DNA of 60,646 nt from Candidatus Aenigmatarchaeota archaeon. Lineage in GTDB: Archaea; Aenigmatarchaeota; Aenigmatarchaeia; QMZP01; QMZT01. The stretch spans positions 1 through 60,646 of the forward strand of contig JAGGYQ010000022.1 of NCBI GenBank assembly GCA_021162425.1. The letters are read 5' to 3'. The first letter of the stretch is position 1; each line of letters starts with the position of its first letter. The position numbers and the translations under genes were made by a program. The notes beneath the pieces are model-generated. The model ran no database searches, was not told where the DNA came from, and saw only the letters and a list, made by a program, of their open reading frames with translations. Below are positions 1-9,531 of the stretch, in pieces.

Positions 1-2
1 AT

Positions 3-1025
3 ATGGAACTTTACAAATTAAAGCATTATATCTCAGAAAAGGATATCTCAAAAAAGATAGAAGGTGTGGTTGAAAACTCACTGAAAGAACGCGAAGATTT
101 AGGGCTATCATTACCTGATTGTTGTCTTGAAGTAAGACTAGATTTATACCCAAAGGAAAATGCTTCTGCATACATTACCATCACCGATGAGAATGAGCCT
201 GTAATCGTCGTCAACATTCCTAACGTTGCTTTGAAGTCAAACAGGTTAGATAAAGAAAAAAAGAAAATTCTGGAAAAAACTTTAGAACATACTTACAAAA
301 TTTGTGAATTTCTTAGTCTTCTGGGCATAGTATCTTCGTCGACCAATAAAATAGAAGAGAACGCAAAGAGACTGGGACTTGAAGAAGTATATAACTCCAA
401 AAAGTTTAAAAGTTGCCTTCAGGAATTGAGGAAGACTTATGAAAACTGTGCCAAGTTGGTAATGAGAGAAGGTATGAAAACATATGAAAAAATAAAGAAC
501 TTAAAAAACGACATCATCGAAGCTGCAGCTGAGTCTGAATTTGATTTTCTCAGGCACGAAATCGACCATGCCGACTACATTTCAAATAGTAAGCTTTATA
601 AAAAAACACACCAAGAGATAACTAAGGAAAAGTTTACACATGATGACGTAAATAAAATTTTAACTTATTTATCTTGGGATATATCGATAGCGGAAATACG
701 TGCAATGTTCTTTGACTACATAAAACCAGACAAATGGAAAAATGCAGATTATGACGAAATTAAGAAGCTAGTTTTTACAAATTTTGTTAACAATTATATG
801 GGAAAGGTACCTGAAAGATTAATTAACTTGTTAGCTTGCAAGAATAGAGAAATTAACCTACTCGAAATTTTGAATGAAAAAATGCTGTTGTGGGAAGACG
901 AATTTTTAAATAATGCAAATAGGTTGGTAAATGTGATAGGCGATGCTTACAAATACAAACCATCTCTACTTAAAGACGCGAACGAAGCGGAAACATTAGA
1001 TGAATTCATTGATATTCTTTCATGA
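3..1025 (+). CDS. hypothetical protein with an HExxH-like motif (RHEIDHAD); the N-terminus may be cut by the window edge
   Basis: 340-aa ORF. Its stop overlaps the next start (ATGA at 1022-1025), implying co-transcription with hypB. No family recognised by eye. Confidence 0.5.
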   Translation: MELYKLKHYISEKDISKKIEGVVENSLKEREDLGLSLPDCCLEVRLDLYPKENASAYITITDENEPVIVVNIPNVALKSNRLDKEKKKILEKTLEHTYKICEFLSLLGIVSSSTNKIEENAKRLGLEEVYNSKKFKSCLQELRKTYENCAKLVMREGMKTYEKIKNLKNDIIEAAAESEFDFLRHEIDHADYISNSKLYKKTHQEITKEKFTHDDVNKILTYLSWDISIAEIRAMFFDYIKPDKWKNADYDEIKKLVFTNFVNNYMGKVPERLINLLACKNREINLLEILNEKMLLWEDEFLNNANRLVNVIGDAYKYKPSLLKDANEAETLDEFIDILS

Positions 1026-1741
1026 AAATGTTAACATTTTTATATCATCCCTTCGTTTTTTTATCTATGGCTGAAATTGTTCGTAAGACTGATCCAGGAA
1101 GTGTTTATGAAATAGATATGAACAGCGATGTGACAAAATATTTCGAGAACCTTGCAAAGAAAAACAGAGAACTTTTCGATAAATACAACATAAAAGCCAT
1201 AGATATTATGGGTTCCATAGGTTCTGGCAAAACATCCCTTATAGAGAATCTGGTTCCACGATTGAAAGATAAATACAAAATTTCAGTTTTTGCTGGCGAT
1301 ATAACCACAACTATAGATGCTGATAGAATTGAGAGTAAAGGTGGAAAAGTCTTGGAAATAAGTACGGGTGGTGAGTGTCATTTAGATGCGTTGATGATAG
1401 CGAAAGCACTTGCACGTATAGATTTGAACAATACAGATTTACTTCTCATAGAGAACGTGGGAAATCTCATATGCCCGGCGAGTTTCCCTTTAGGTTCGCA
1501 TAAAAGGGTTGTTGTGATCAGCGTGACAGAGGGTCCTTATATGGTCATAAAACATCCAAAGATGTTTATAGACGCTGATGTTGTTGTAATAAACAAAATA
1601 GACCTTGCCGAAGCCATGGGGGTCGACCCGGATAAAATAGCAGAAGACGCAGTAAATATGCAACCACGTGTGAAAGTTGTCAAAACGAATTTAAAAACAG
1701 GTGAAGGTGTAGATGAAGTAATAAAGGCTATCGGTTTGTGA
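1022..1741 (+). CDS. hypB: hydrogenase/urease-type nickel-incorporation GTPase HypB
   Basis: P-loop 'GSIGSGKTSLIE', 'ENVGNLICPASF' and 'NKIDL' motifs typical of HypB. The start could also be a downstream Met (MAEIV). Confidence 0.9.
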   Translation: MKMLTFLYHPFVFLSMAEIVRKTDPGSVYEIDMNSDVTKYFENLAKKNRELFDKYNIKAIDIMGSIGSGKTSLIENLVPRLKDKYKISVFAGDITTTIDADRIESKGGKVLEISTGGECHLDALMIAKALARIDLNNTDLLLIENVGNLICPASFPLGSHKRVVVISVTEGPYMVIKHPKMFIDADVVVINKIDLAEAMGVDPDKIAEDAVNMQPRVKVVKTNLKTGEGVDEVIKAIGL

Positions 1742-1743
1742 CT

Positions 1744-2127
1744 ATGGTTCACGAATTTTCAATGTCCAGCGAAATTTTCAGGCGTGTTATGGAAGAGGCT
1801 AAAAGGAAAAAGGCAGACAAAATTTTGGAAATAAAAATAGTGATAGGTGAACTCACATTTCTGAATCATGACCAGATAAAATTCTGGATAAAGGAGTTAT
1901 CTAGAGGAACGACAGCTGAAAACGCAAAGGTAGTCATAGTCTCAAGGAAATCAAAAATAAAGTGTAAAAAATGTTGTTTTGAGGGCGAATTGAAAATGGA
2001 AGAAAACCCTGTATATCATATAATGACACCAACATTCAAATGCCCTAAATGTGGATCACCCGAAATAGATATAATAACTGGAAGGGAAGTTATGGTGAAA
2101 GGAATAAGAATTTTTCGTAAGTCATAA
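1744..2127 (+). CDS. hypA: hydrogenase nickel-insertion protein HypA
   Basis: N-terminal 'VHEFSM' plus two Cys pairs (CKKCC..., CPKCG) form the HypA zinc site. The first ATG is at 1744; the track ORF starts at GTG 1738. Confidence 0.85.
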   Translation: MVHEFSMSSEIFRRVMEEAKRKKADKILEIKIVIGELTFLNHDQIKFWIKELSRGTTAENAKVVIVSRKSKIKCKKCCFEGELKMEENPVYHIMTPTFKCPKCGSPEIDIITGREVMVKGIRIFRKS

Positions 2128-2175
2128 CCGTTAGCAATTAGAAATTTTGAGTGCCGAAGATATTTAGTTAACGGA

Positions 2176-2192
2176 GCAACCTGCAAGGTTGC
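2176..2192. terminator. hairpin GCAACC-N5-GGTTGC followed by a T-run, between convergent genes
   Basis: Perfect 6-bp stem read from the sequence, followed by 'gagtctttt'. It lies between the hypA (+) and MFS (-) 3' ends. Confidence 0.25.
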
Positions 2193-2255
2193 GAGTCTTT
2201 TAACGGTTTGTTAAAATATTCCCCGAAGGCAATTTCAGACTTTTCGATCCGATAA

Positions 2256-3446
2256 TTATATTACTCTATCTTTATGTAAGATCAACAAAATCAATATTCC
2301 AGCAACAAAAGTTATTATCCCTAAAATAGTTAAAGCTTGAATCAAAGTGTAAACATCAGCTATCCATCCGATTATTGGTATTATCCCTGCATAAAACAAT
2401 CTTCCCATCAAGCCCTGAGCAGATAAAACGGTTGCTCTAACATCAGAACTAACCAATTTGTTAATATAATCTGTAATAACTGGCTTTGAAAATCCTCTAA
2501 CAAATTGCTGAATAAAAGCAAACGAAAAACTAAACAAGTAGATAAAATTGCTCATTAATAGATAACTGCCAGCAGTAAGGACCACCAACAAAATTAAAGA
2601 GCATCTCTGCCCTAATTTTTCTTCAATTTGATGGGCATACTTTGAACTTAAAGCAGCAACAAGATTAAACGCCGCAAAAACAAATCCAAAATAAAAAACA
2701 TCCAAACCTGTTAATTTAAAATAGGGCTGATAAAGCCACAAAACAGCGCCATTAAATCCAACTATTATAGCTGAATAAATCACCAACCATCGGATTTTTC
2801 TATTTTTTATCAACGAATTTTTAAGAATCTTGAACAATTCCAATAAATAACCTTCCTCATAAATATGTTTGTGTCTTTTTGGTTCTTTCAAACTGATAGA
2901 CAATGGTATCAACAACACCATAAAAGGTAACATGGCATAAAATGTCCATCTAAAATTTAATTTTCCAATAAATCCGCCAATCACACTTGCTAATGAAGTA
3001 GCAATTAAATAATAGAACACACCATTTCCCATAACCTTTTTGTACAGTTTTTCTTTTTTTAGGTCTTTCAAAGTATCGTAAACAAGAGCCGAATCCGTGC
3101 CTGAAACAAAAGAAACACCAAAACCCCATAGAATTTCGGCAATTAAGAACTGATAAAAGTTATGACCTAGACTATACGTAAAAACTCCAACAGTTAAGAA
3201 TGAAGCCGCTAGAATTAATGATTTTCTTCTACCGAAAACATCAGCAAAGTAACCACTTGGAACTTCCAACAAAACAATGGTTAAAGAATACAATGATTGT
3301 AAAATCATAATTTGAATCAGGCTCAATCCGTTATCTTGCCAAAATAAAACAATGATTGGAATAAAAAAGGTCAAGCCATTTAACACATGGAATAAATAAA
3401 ACTTCCAAATATTGCTTTTCAACTTTTGTTGCTCAATATCTTTCAT
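2256..3446 (-). CDS. MFS transporter
   Basis: About 12 hydrophobic segments. 'GYFADVFGRRKS' matches MFS motif A. Confidence 0.8.
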   Translation of the reverse strand: MKDIEQQKLKSNIWKFYLFHVLNGLTFFIPIIVLFWQDNGLSLIQIMILQSLYSLTIVLLEVPSGYFADVFGRRKSLILAASFLTVGVFTYSLGHNFYQFLIAEILWGFGVSFVSGTDSALVYDTLKDLKKEKLYKKVMGNGVFYYLIATSLASVIGGFIGKLNFRWTFYAMLPFMVLLIPLSISLKEPKRHKHIYEEGYLLELFKILKNSLIKNRKIRWLVIYSAIIVGFNGAVLWLYQPYFKLTGLDVFYFGFVFAAFNLVAALSSKYAHQIEEKLGQRCSLILLVVLTAGSYLLMSNFIYLFSFSFAFIQQFVRGFSKPVITDYINKLVSSDVRATVLSAQGLMGRLFYAGIIPIIGWIADVYTLIQALTILGIITFVAGILILLILHKDRVI

Positions 3447-3512
3447 TATAAAAATATTGATTTAATATGAACTTATAATTTCCCAAATTGATTTCTTGAA
3501 CTTTATCAACAT

Positions 3513-3965
3513 TCAAAAAATTCTCAACAAATCTTTATTGAGCGTTATTATATTCACTTTTCTTTCTTTTTTCTTTGAGATTACATTTTTGTTTTCAAGT
3601 CTTTCCAAAACTCTATGAACCTTTACTTTGGACAATCCTGTCGATTTCGTTATCTTTGCTTGCGTAGCTTTTCCGTGATTTTTTATCAACGTTTCAACTA
3701 TAATTTTTTCATCGGAATCAAATAAATTCAATATAACATCTTTCTCTATCTTCTCGAACTTGGGCGACAGTAAGTAATAAAACATTGTTCCTATGAAAAG
3801 GCCTATTGACGCGAGAAGTGGTATGAACAAATATATTGGTATCACACAACCACATATATTCCCTGTCTCTATTTGAATCTGCACATAAAAAGATGACAGA
3901 GCGACTATCAAAACGAATATCGAGATTACAAGCATCGCCAACACTATTTTCTTTTGGTCATTCAT
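3513..3965 (-). CDS. membrane-tethered winged-helix transcription regulator (2 TM + MarR/ArsR-like wHTH)
   Basis: Two N-terminal hydrophobic helices with CGC between them, then 'ATQAKITKSTGLSKVKVHRVLERLENKNVI', which is wHTH-like. Confidence 0.6.
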   Translation of the reverse strand: MNDQKKIVLAMLVISIFVLIVALSSFYVQIQIETGNICGCVIPIYLFIPLLASIGLFIGTMFYYLLSPKFEKIEKDVILNLFDSDEKIIVETLIKNHGKATQAKITKSTGLSKVKVHRVLERLENKNVISKKKERKVNIITLNKDLLRIF

Positions 3966-4024
3966 ACTATAAGTTTCAATTTTTGAAACTTAAATATATA
4001 TATGGTTTCATGCTGTCTTTATGT

Positions 4025-5443
4025 ATGAAAATTAAATATCTGCTATTATTTGCAATAGTATTGGCTTTGCTGCCTTCTCACGTGGTTAGTGCTGAGAATA
4101 TTTGTGTGACATATTTCACGGGTATAGGATGCCCGCACTGCGCAAAAACAGACCCGGTAGTTCTCAGCAAATTGCCAGAAGAATATGCAAACCTCATTAT
4201 CATCGAATACGAAATATATCAATCACAGGTAAACGCCCCGTTGATGTATGATTACAACGGTGTTTACAATACAGGATTTGGCATACCTCTGATAATATTC
4301 GGGAAGAATGATTACATAAAAGGTGATTTGCCAATTCTTGAAAACATAAGAAACAAATTGGATTCTGTGAAAGAAAATAGATGTCCACTTACAAACGGAA
4401 ATTATGACATAAATCAGATAGATTTCAACAATTTACTTGGAAAGCCGAAAATATGGACTAAAAACAGAGTCTTAATCAAAGAAGACAATCAAAACTCATT
4501 ACCTAATAATGCTATAAGGGAATTGATAACAAGCAATAACATCGTCTCAACACTCAAAAAACTGAAATATGAAATTGTAGATACAAAGCCGGTCCCTATA
4601 TCAGGCAATGAGATTCTATTTGGGCATGCTGTCAGGGTGGGTAATTGGTTGATCGAATGGAACGGTCAATCAATAAATACCTCAACTTCAGCAGGAATAA
4701 CAAACGAATCCAGCACAGGAAATGAGAGTGTGAGCGGTAATTTACCAAAACATCTCACATGGGCAAAGATTATATCTCTTGCATCTGTTGATGCTGTGAA
4801 TCCATGCGCCCTCGCTGTCTTAACACTTATGCTGATAGCTATAATGACATATAATCCAGATGATAGAAAAAAGATAGTTTTATCCGGTCTGGCATTCACA
4901 CTTTCAGTTTACGTTATCTACCTGTTCTATGGTCTGGTTATAATAAGATTTTTCCAACTTGTTCAGACACTCACTTCAATAAGATTGATTCTTTACAAAA
5001 TACTAGCCGTGGTTGCAATTGTGTTGGGTCTTTTCAATATTAAAGACTTTGTTAGATATAGACCAGGTGGTTTGATGACAGAAATGCCCCTGAGCTGGAG
5101 ACCAAAAGCCAAGAAGTTTATAAGTAAGATAACAAGTCCTGCTGGGGCTTTAGTACTTGGTGCATTTGTGACAGTTTTCCTACTTCCATGTACAATGGGT
5201 CCGTATGTTATAGCAGGTGGTATACTTTCGGTGCTTGATTTGGTAAAAACCATCCCTTGGTTGCTTGTTTATAATTTCATATTTGTTTTGCCTATGTTGT
5301 GCATAACGCTGATAGTATATGGTGGAATAGCAACAGTGGAAAACGTCTCCGAATGGAAAGAAAAGAATATCCGCTACCTTCATCTCATTGCAGGAGGTAT
5401 AATGTTTCTTTTAGGCGTGGCGATGTTTCTAGGCTGGATTTGA
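4025..5443 (+). CDS. extracytoplasmic thioredoxin-like (CPHC) domain fused to a CcdA/DsbD-type thiol-disulfide transporter
   Basis: Signal-like 'MKIKYLLLFAIVLALL', 'GIGCPHCA', and a C-terminal 6-TM region with 'VDAVNPCALAVL' and 'LLPCTMGP'. The ATG at 4025 avoids overlap with the divergent gene; the track start at 3836 is unlikely. Confidence 0.75.
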   Translation: MKIKYLLLFAIVLALLPSHVVSAENICVTYFTGIGCPHCAKTDPVVLSKLPEEYANLIIIEYEIYQSQVNAPLMYDYNGVYNTGFGIPLIIFGKNDYIKGDLPILENIRNKLDSVKENRCPLTNGNYDINQIDFNNLLGKPKIWTKNRVLIKEDNQNSLPNNAIRELITSNNIVSTLKKLKYEIVDTKPVPISGNEILFGHAVRVGNWLIEWNGQSINTSTSAGITNESSTGNESVSGNLPKHLTWAKIISLASVDAVNPCALAVLTLMLIAIMTYNPDDRKKIVLSGLAFTLSVYVIYLFYGLVIIRFFQLVQTLTSIRLILYKILAVVAIVLGLFNIKDFVRYRPGGLMTEMPLSWRPKAKKFISKITSPAGALVLGAFVTVFLLPCTMGPYVIAGGILSVLDLVKTIPWLLVYNFIFVLPMLCITLIVYGGIATVENVSEWKEKNIRYLHLIAGGIMFLLGVAMFLGWI

Positions 5444-5494
5444 GGGTTAGTGAGGGGTTGAAATCTTTTTATCCACAAAAGGACAAAAATAAGT

Positions 5495-6235
5495 ATGGTG
5501 CTCTTATGGATAATTCTCGCCACAATTGTTGACGGGCTGGTCTCGCTTGTAGGAGCATTTTCAATGTTTATCAGAGACAACACCCTGCACAAATTATTAA
5601 TGGTGCTTGTTGCATTTTCGGCGGGTAGCCTGTTAAGCGGAGCATTTTTTCATCTGATAACCGAGACACTCGAGCATTTAAACGCCACGGAGACATTTGC
5701 TATTTTCATAGTAGGCTTTTCTATGTTCTTTCTCATGGAAAGAATTCTTCATTGGCATCATTGCCACAAAGGAGGCGAATGCGAAGTTCACTCCTTTACT
5801 TATCTCATACTTTTGGGTGACGGCTTGCACAATTTCATAGACGGTCTTGTTATAGCAGCAAGTTTTCTAATTGGAGTTCCGTTCGGGATAATAACAACAA
5901 TCCTGATAATAGGGCACGAAATTCCGCAGGAGCTCGGCGATTTCGGTGTTCTGGTTTACGGTGGTTTTAATAGATTCAGGGCGTTGCTTTTCAATTTTGT
6001 TTCACAGCTTACATGCGTAGCAGGAGGAATTGCTGGATTCATGCTCGGGGCTGTTCCTGAATTCATAGTCTATCTTCTACCTTTTGCTGCCGGAGGATTT
6101 GTTTATATTTCAGCTTCTGACCTCATACCAGAACTTCACAGGGAAGCAGACCTTAAAAAATCAATGACAGCTTTTGCCTTCTTTCTGATAGGCGTGGGTT
6201 TCATGCTTGGCATAAAAATGCTATTTGGGCATTAG
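5495..6235 (+). CDS. ZIP-family divalent metal transporter
   Basis: 'GHEIPQELGDFGVL' ZIP signature, a His-rich loop (HWHHCH) and multiple TM segments. Confidence 0.85.
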   Translation: MVLLWIILATIVDGLVSLVGAFSMFIRDNTLHKLLMVLVAFSAGSLLSGAFFHLITETLEHLNATETFAIFIVGFSMFFLMERILHWHHCHKGGECEVHSFTYLILLGDGLHNFIDGLVIAASFLIGVPFGIITTILIIGHEIPQELGDFGVLVYGGFNRFRALLFNFVSQLTCVAGGIAGFMLGAVPEFIVYLLPFAAGGFVYISASDLIPELHREADLKKSMTAFAFFLIGVGFMLGIKMLFGH

Positions 6236-8151
6236 AGAATGAAAAGAAGAATTCTGTGCAGCAGACCACCCATGAAGATTGCGAAAGTAATCTCAAAAAT
6301 TGTTATGTAGGTCGCTTTTCTCCACCCAATTTCCTTTATCAGCGCGGCAATGGTCGCTGCACATGGTATGTAGAGCATCGTGACAAAAGCGAAGGTTATC
6401 ATCTGTACAGGTGTCAATACCAAAGAGAAGTTTGTTGTTCCTATTAGTGTTGCAAGCATTATCAATGTCATCTCCTTTCTCAATATGCCAAATACCAGCG
6501 TTATTCCCGTAATCGCTGGGAGACCAAGCCACCAAACTGTCACAGGAGAAAGTATCTCATTTATTGCATCGAGAAGATTCATTATTTCAAATGATTTTAT
6601 CACGATTGTACTGACTATTATTATAGGAGACGCTACATATATGAAATCTTTTATCCTAAACCATGCCTGTCTTAACGTCGTTCGCATGTGCGGTTTTCTA
6701 AGTGGTGGAACTTCCATTATCAGAGATGTCGGCTTACCTGGAAGTACTTTGAAAGCTATACGACCCAGGGTTACGATTATAATGAAATCCAAAAGATAAA
6801 GCAACACAGCCCACCATATACCAACGAATTTCCCAACCAAACCAAGAATAACTGTGGTGACAGCTGCACATGGAACAAGCGTGACTATGAATATTGAAAG
6901 CAATCTTTCTCTTTGCGTTTCCATTATCTTACAACCCAAACAAGCAGGAACATTGCAACCAAACCCTAACATTACGGGAATAAAAGCCTTTCCATGTAAA
7001 CCTATTTTATGCATAAAAGTGTCCATGAGAAAAGCTATTCTCGCAAGATATCCAGAATCTTCAAGTACCCCGAGTGCTATGTAAAATGGTAATATATACG
7101 GTATGACAATGGTCAATGCAGCTATTATTCCCTCTACAACGCTGGCTACAAATTTTCCTATGGCACCTGTTCCAAGCATGTTTTCAATCAAAGGGGATAT
7201 AATAGACATTAAATCCTCTATAACTGAAGACAATTCATCACCAAATGTGAATATTAAAAGAAACATTATTCCTATCACACCTATCAAAATCGGATATCCC
7301 CATATTCTATCTGTCGTAATGTCATGGAGCTTCTCTGAAAATCTTTTCCTTTTTTTCTCATATTTCTGAACTTTTTTCACAATATCTGTTATGATTTCAT
7401 ATTTTCCACATGTGACGGGGTCTGAACACACATTCTTTCTTAAAGAATCTCTTATTTTCTTGGTCGTTTCAAGTATTTTTGAATTTTGGTCAAAGATAAG
7501 CTTTTCAATTTCTTTATCGCCTTCTATAAGCTTTACTGCTGTCCATCTTTTAGGGTAGAATATTTTGATACTCTTTAACATTTTAACCAAATTTCTTATC
7601 TGTGTTTCTGTATTTTTTTCATATCTAACAGGCATTTGTTTCAACTTAGTCTTGCCCTCTGCTACGGCTATTGCTTTTTCCATAACTTTAGCTAATCCAT
7701 CACCTTTTACAGCAATTGTTGGTATCACAGGAATGCCAAGAATTTTTTCCAGTTTTCTGTGATTTATTTTTATACCCTTCTTTTCAGCCATGTCTATTTG
7801 ATTTAACGCTATTACCAAAGGTATACCAAGTTCCATGAGCTGAAGGGTGAAGAACAGATTTCTTTCAAGGACGGTGGCATCTATAACATTTATAACGACG
7901 TCAGGCTTCTCTTTTGCTATGTATTCTCTTGTGACAATCTCCTCAGGTGAATATGTCGAGAGTGAATATATTCCAGGAAGGTCTATCACGTATATCTCTC
8001 TCCCTGAGAAGTAAAGCGTGCCTTCAGCCTTTTCAACAGTTTTCCCTGGCCAGTTGCCTATATGCTGATGTAGACCTGTTAGATAATTGAATATAACAGA
8101 TTTTCCAACATTTGCATTTCCCGCCAACGCGAACCTCAGTTTTCTCTTCAA
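6232..8151 (-). CDS. feoB: ferrous iron transporter FeoB
   Basis: N-terminal G-domain '[19 protein letters not shown]' and 'DLPGIYSL', plus a large polytopic C-terminal domain. The start overlaps the upstream gene's stop (ATGA). Confidence 0.95.
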   Translation of the reverse strand: MKRKLRFALAGNANVGKSVIFNYLTGLHQHIGNWPGKTVEKAEGTLYFSGREIYVIDLPGIYSLSTYSPEEIVTREYIAKEKPDVVINVIDATVLERNLFFTLQLMELGIPLVIALNQIDMAEKKGIKINHRKLEKILGIPVIPTIAVKGDGLAKVMEKAIAVAEGKTKLKQMPVRYEKNTETQIRNLVKMLKSIKIFYPKRWTAVKLIEGDKEIEKLIFDQNSKILETTKKIRDSLRKNVCSDPVTCGKYEIITDIVKKVQKYEKKRKRFSEKLHDITTDRIWGYPILIGVIGIMFLLIFTFGDELSSVIEDLMSIISPLIENMLGTGAIGKFVASVVEGIIAALTIVIPYILPFYIALGVLEDSGYLARIAFLMDTFMHKIGLHGKAFIPVMLGFGCNVPACLGCKIMETQRERLLSIFIVTLVPCAAVTTVILGLVGKFVGIWWAVLLYLLDFIIIVTLGRIAFKVLPGKPTSLIMEVPPLRKPHMRTTLRQAWFRIKDFIYVASPIIIVSTIVIKSFEIMNLLDAINEILSPVTVWWLGLPAITGITLVFGILRKEMTLIMLATLIGTTNFSLVLTPVQMITFAFVTMLYIPCAATIAALIKEIGWRKATYITIFEITFAIFMGGLLHRILLFIL

Positions 8152-8753
8152 GATTCCACCTTGACAAATATTCTCTGTGCGAGACCTCTTCCCAAAGCAA
8201 GTCTGAACCCGCGAGTGAATATCTCTATGGGACCACCGAAGGGCGCATTCTTAGTGACTTTTATTTTTGTTCCGGGAAGCAGGCCCATTTCTTCAAGGCG
8301 TTTTTTTGCTCCAAACCCGACGTTTATTGCGATTATTTCTCCTTTTTGTCCAGGCTTGAGGTCTATGAGCGATATTATGCCTTTTTTATAGTGTCTGTCA
8401 ACTTCGGATTTTATCAGTTTTTCAAGCTCGTTAGATATTGTGTGCTCAAGTTTATGTGCTTCTTCATGGATTTTGTTTTTTGAAAGACCAATTTTCAAAA
8501 GAAATCTCTCTATCAGTCTGTGCCTCTCAAGTATTCTTTTACCGAGTGCTTTGCCTTTTTTTGTCAGTTTTATTCTCTTGTAGGGTTTGTAGCTTATATA
8601 ACCTTTTTCATTGAGTTTTTTGAGCATTTCCGAGGCACTTGCCGGTGATACACCGAGTTCTTTTGCGATGTTGGTTGTTGATAATTTGATTTTCTTCTCA
8701 TTGAGTCTTGTCATAGCTTCCATATAATCTTCGATACTCTCGGTTGTTGACAT
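8148..8753 (-). CDS. DtxR/MntR-family metal-dependent repressor with a C-terminal FeoA/SH3-like domain
   Basis: N-terminal wHTH 'TNIAKELGVSPASASEMLKKLNEKGYI', a dimerisation helix region, and an FeoA-like C-terminal 'LKPGQKGEIIAI...GLLPGTKIKV'. The first ATG is at 8753; the track start at 8774 is GTG inside the palindrome. Confidence 0.85.
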   Translation of the reverse strand: MSTTESIEDYMEAMTRLNEKKIKLSTTNIAKELGVSPASASEMLKKLNEKGYISYKPYKRIKLTKKGKALGKRILERHRLIERFLLKIGLSKNKIHEEAHKLEHTISNELEKLIKSEVDRHYKKGIISLIDLKPGQKGEIIAINVGFGAKKRLEEMGLLPGTKIKVTKNAPFGGPIEIFTRGFRLALGRGLAQRIFVKVES

Positions 8754-8762
8754 AAGAAGAAT

Positions 8763-8780
8763 ATTTAGGCACACCTAAAT
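8763..8780. promoter_or_regulatory. perfect 7-4-7 palindrome ATTTAGG-CACA-CCTAAAT, candidate operator of the dtxR-feoB operon
   Basis: Read directly from the sequence. It abuts and overlaps a TATA-like TTTAAAT (minus strand, 8785-8779) and ends 10 nt upstream of ATG 8753. Confidence 0.45.
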
Positions 8781-9002
8781 TTAAAGTTATCTGATTGGTG
8801 AGCCTGTCTAAAAATAACTCTGTTTCCTTCCCTCTTCGTTGCACGCTGGAAAAATAAAGTCCATACGAAATCCCCCTCGCCGAGACATTTTCCCAAATGA
8901 AGATCAACAAACCGCGGGAATTGTTAGATACGCCCCCGATTGGGTCGTTTATTTTGAGCTGCAGGTAAATTTATTTAACCTTTCAAGTAATATCTGTTCA
9001 TA

Positions 9003-9075
9003 GGGCCGGTAGTCTAGTGGTTATGACGCTGCCCTTACGAGGCAGAGGTCCCCGGTTCAAACCCGGGCCGGCCCA
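9003..9075 (+). tRNA. tRNA-Val (anticodon TAC)
   Basis: Cloverleaf folded by hand: acceptor GGGCCGG/CCGGCCC plus A73, anticodon arm CTGCC-CTTACGA-GGCAG, T arm CCCGG-TTCAAAC-CCGGG. No intron and no encoded CCA. Confidence 0.95.
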
Positions 9076-9089
9076 TCACATAGGATTTT

Positions 9090-9497
9090 ATGAAGGGCAG
9101 AAAATCACCGAGGTTGGCAGTAGATGGTGTTATTGTTTCGGGCAACAAAGTTTTACTTATTAAAAGGAAATTCGAGCCGTTTGCAGGTTTTTACGCGTTG
9201 CCCGGCGGATTTGTTGAACACGGAGAGAAAGTTGAAGATGCGTGCATCCGCGAAGTGAAGGAAGAAACAGGACTTGACATAAAAGCAGAACGGTTGATTG
9301 GTGTATATTCTGACCCTGACAGGGATCCAAGAGGTCATATAGTTTCGGTTGTTTTCCTTTGCAAAATTATCGGAGGCTCTCTCAAAACAGAAACGAACGA
9401 AACAAAAGACATGAAATTTTTCTCAAGACATGAGATAAGAACTTCGAGGTTGGCTTTTGACCACAAGAAAATTCTGAAGGATGCAGGTCTTTTGTGA
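9090..9497 (+). CDS. Nudix hydrolase
   Basis: Complete Nudix box 'GGFVEHGEKVEDACIREVKEETGL'. Confidence 0.85.
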   Translation: MKGRKSPRLAVDGVIVSGNKVLLIKRKFEPFAGFYALPGGFVEHGEKVEDACIREVKEETGLDIKAERLIGVYSDPDRDPRGHIVSVVFLCKIIGGSLKTETNETKDMKFFSRHEIRTSRLAFDHKKILKDAGLL

Positions 9498-9531
9498 ACT
9501 TATTTATAGCAACGATGCTAATCTATTTCAT

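Noticed and set aside
3836-4024. 63-codon N-terminal extension of the Trx-CcdA ORF
   Set aside because: It would overlap the divergent wHTH gene by 130 nt. A signal-peptide-like start (MKIKYLLLFAIV) follows the ATG at 4025.
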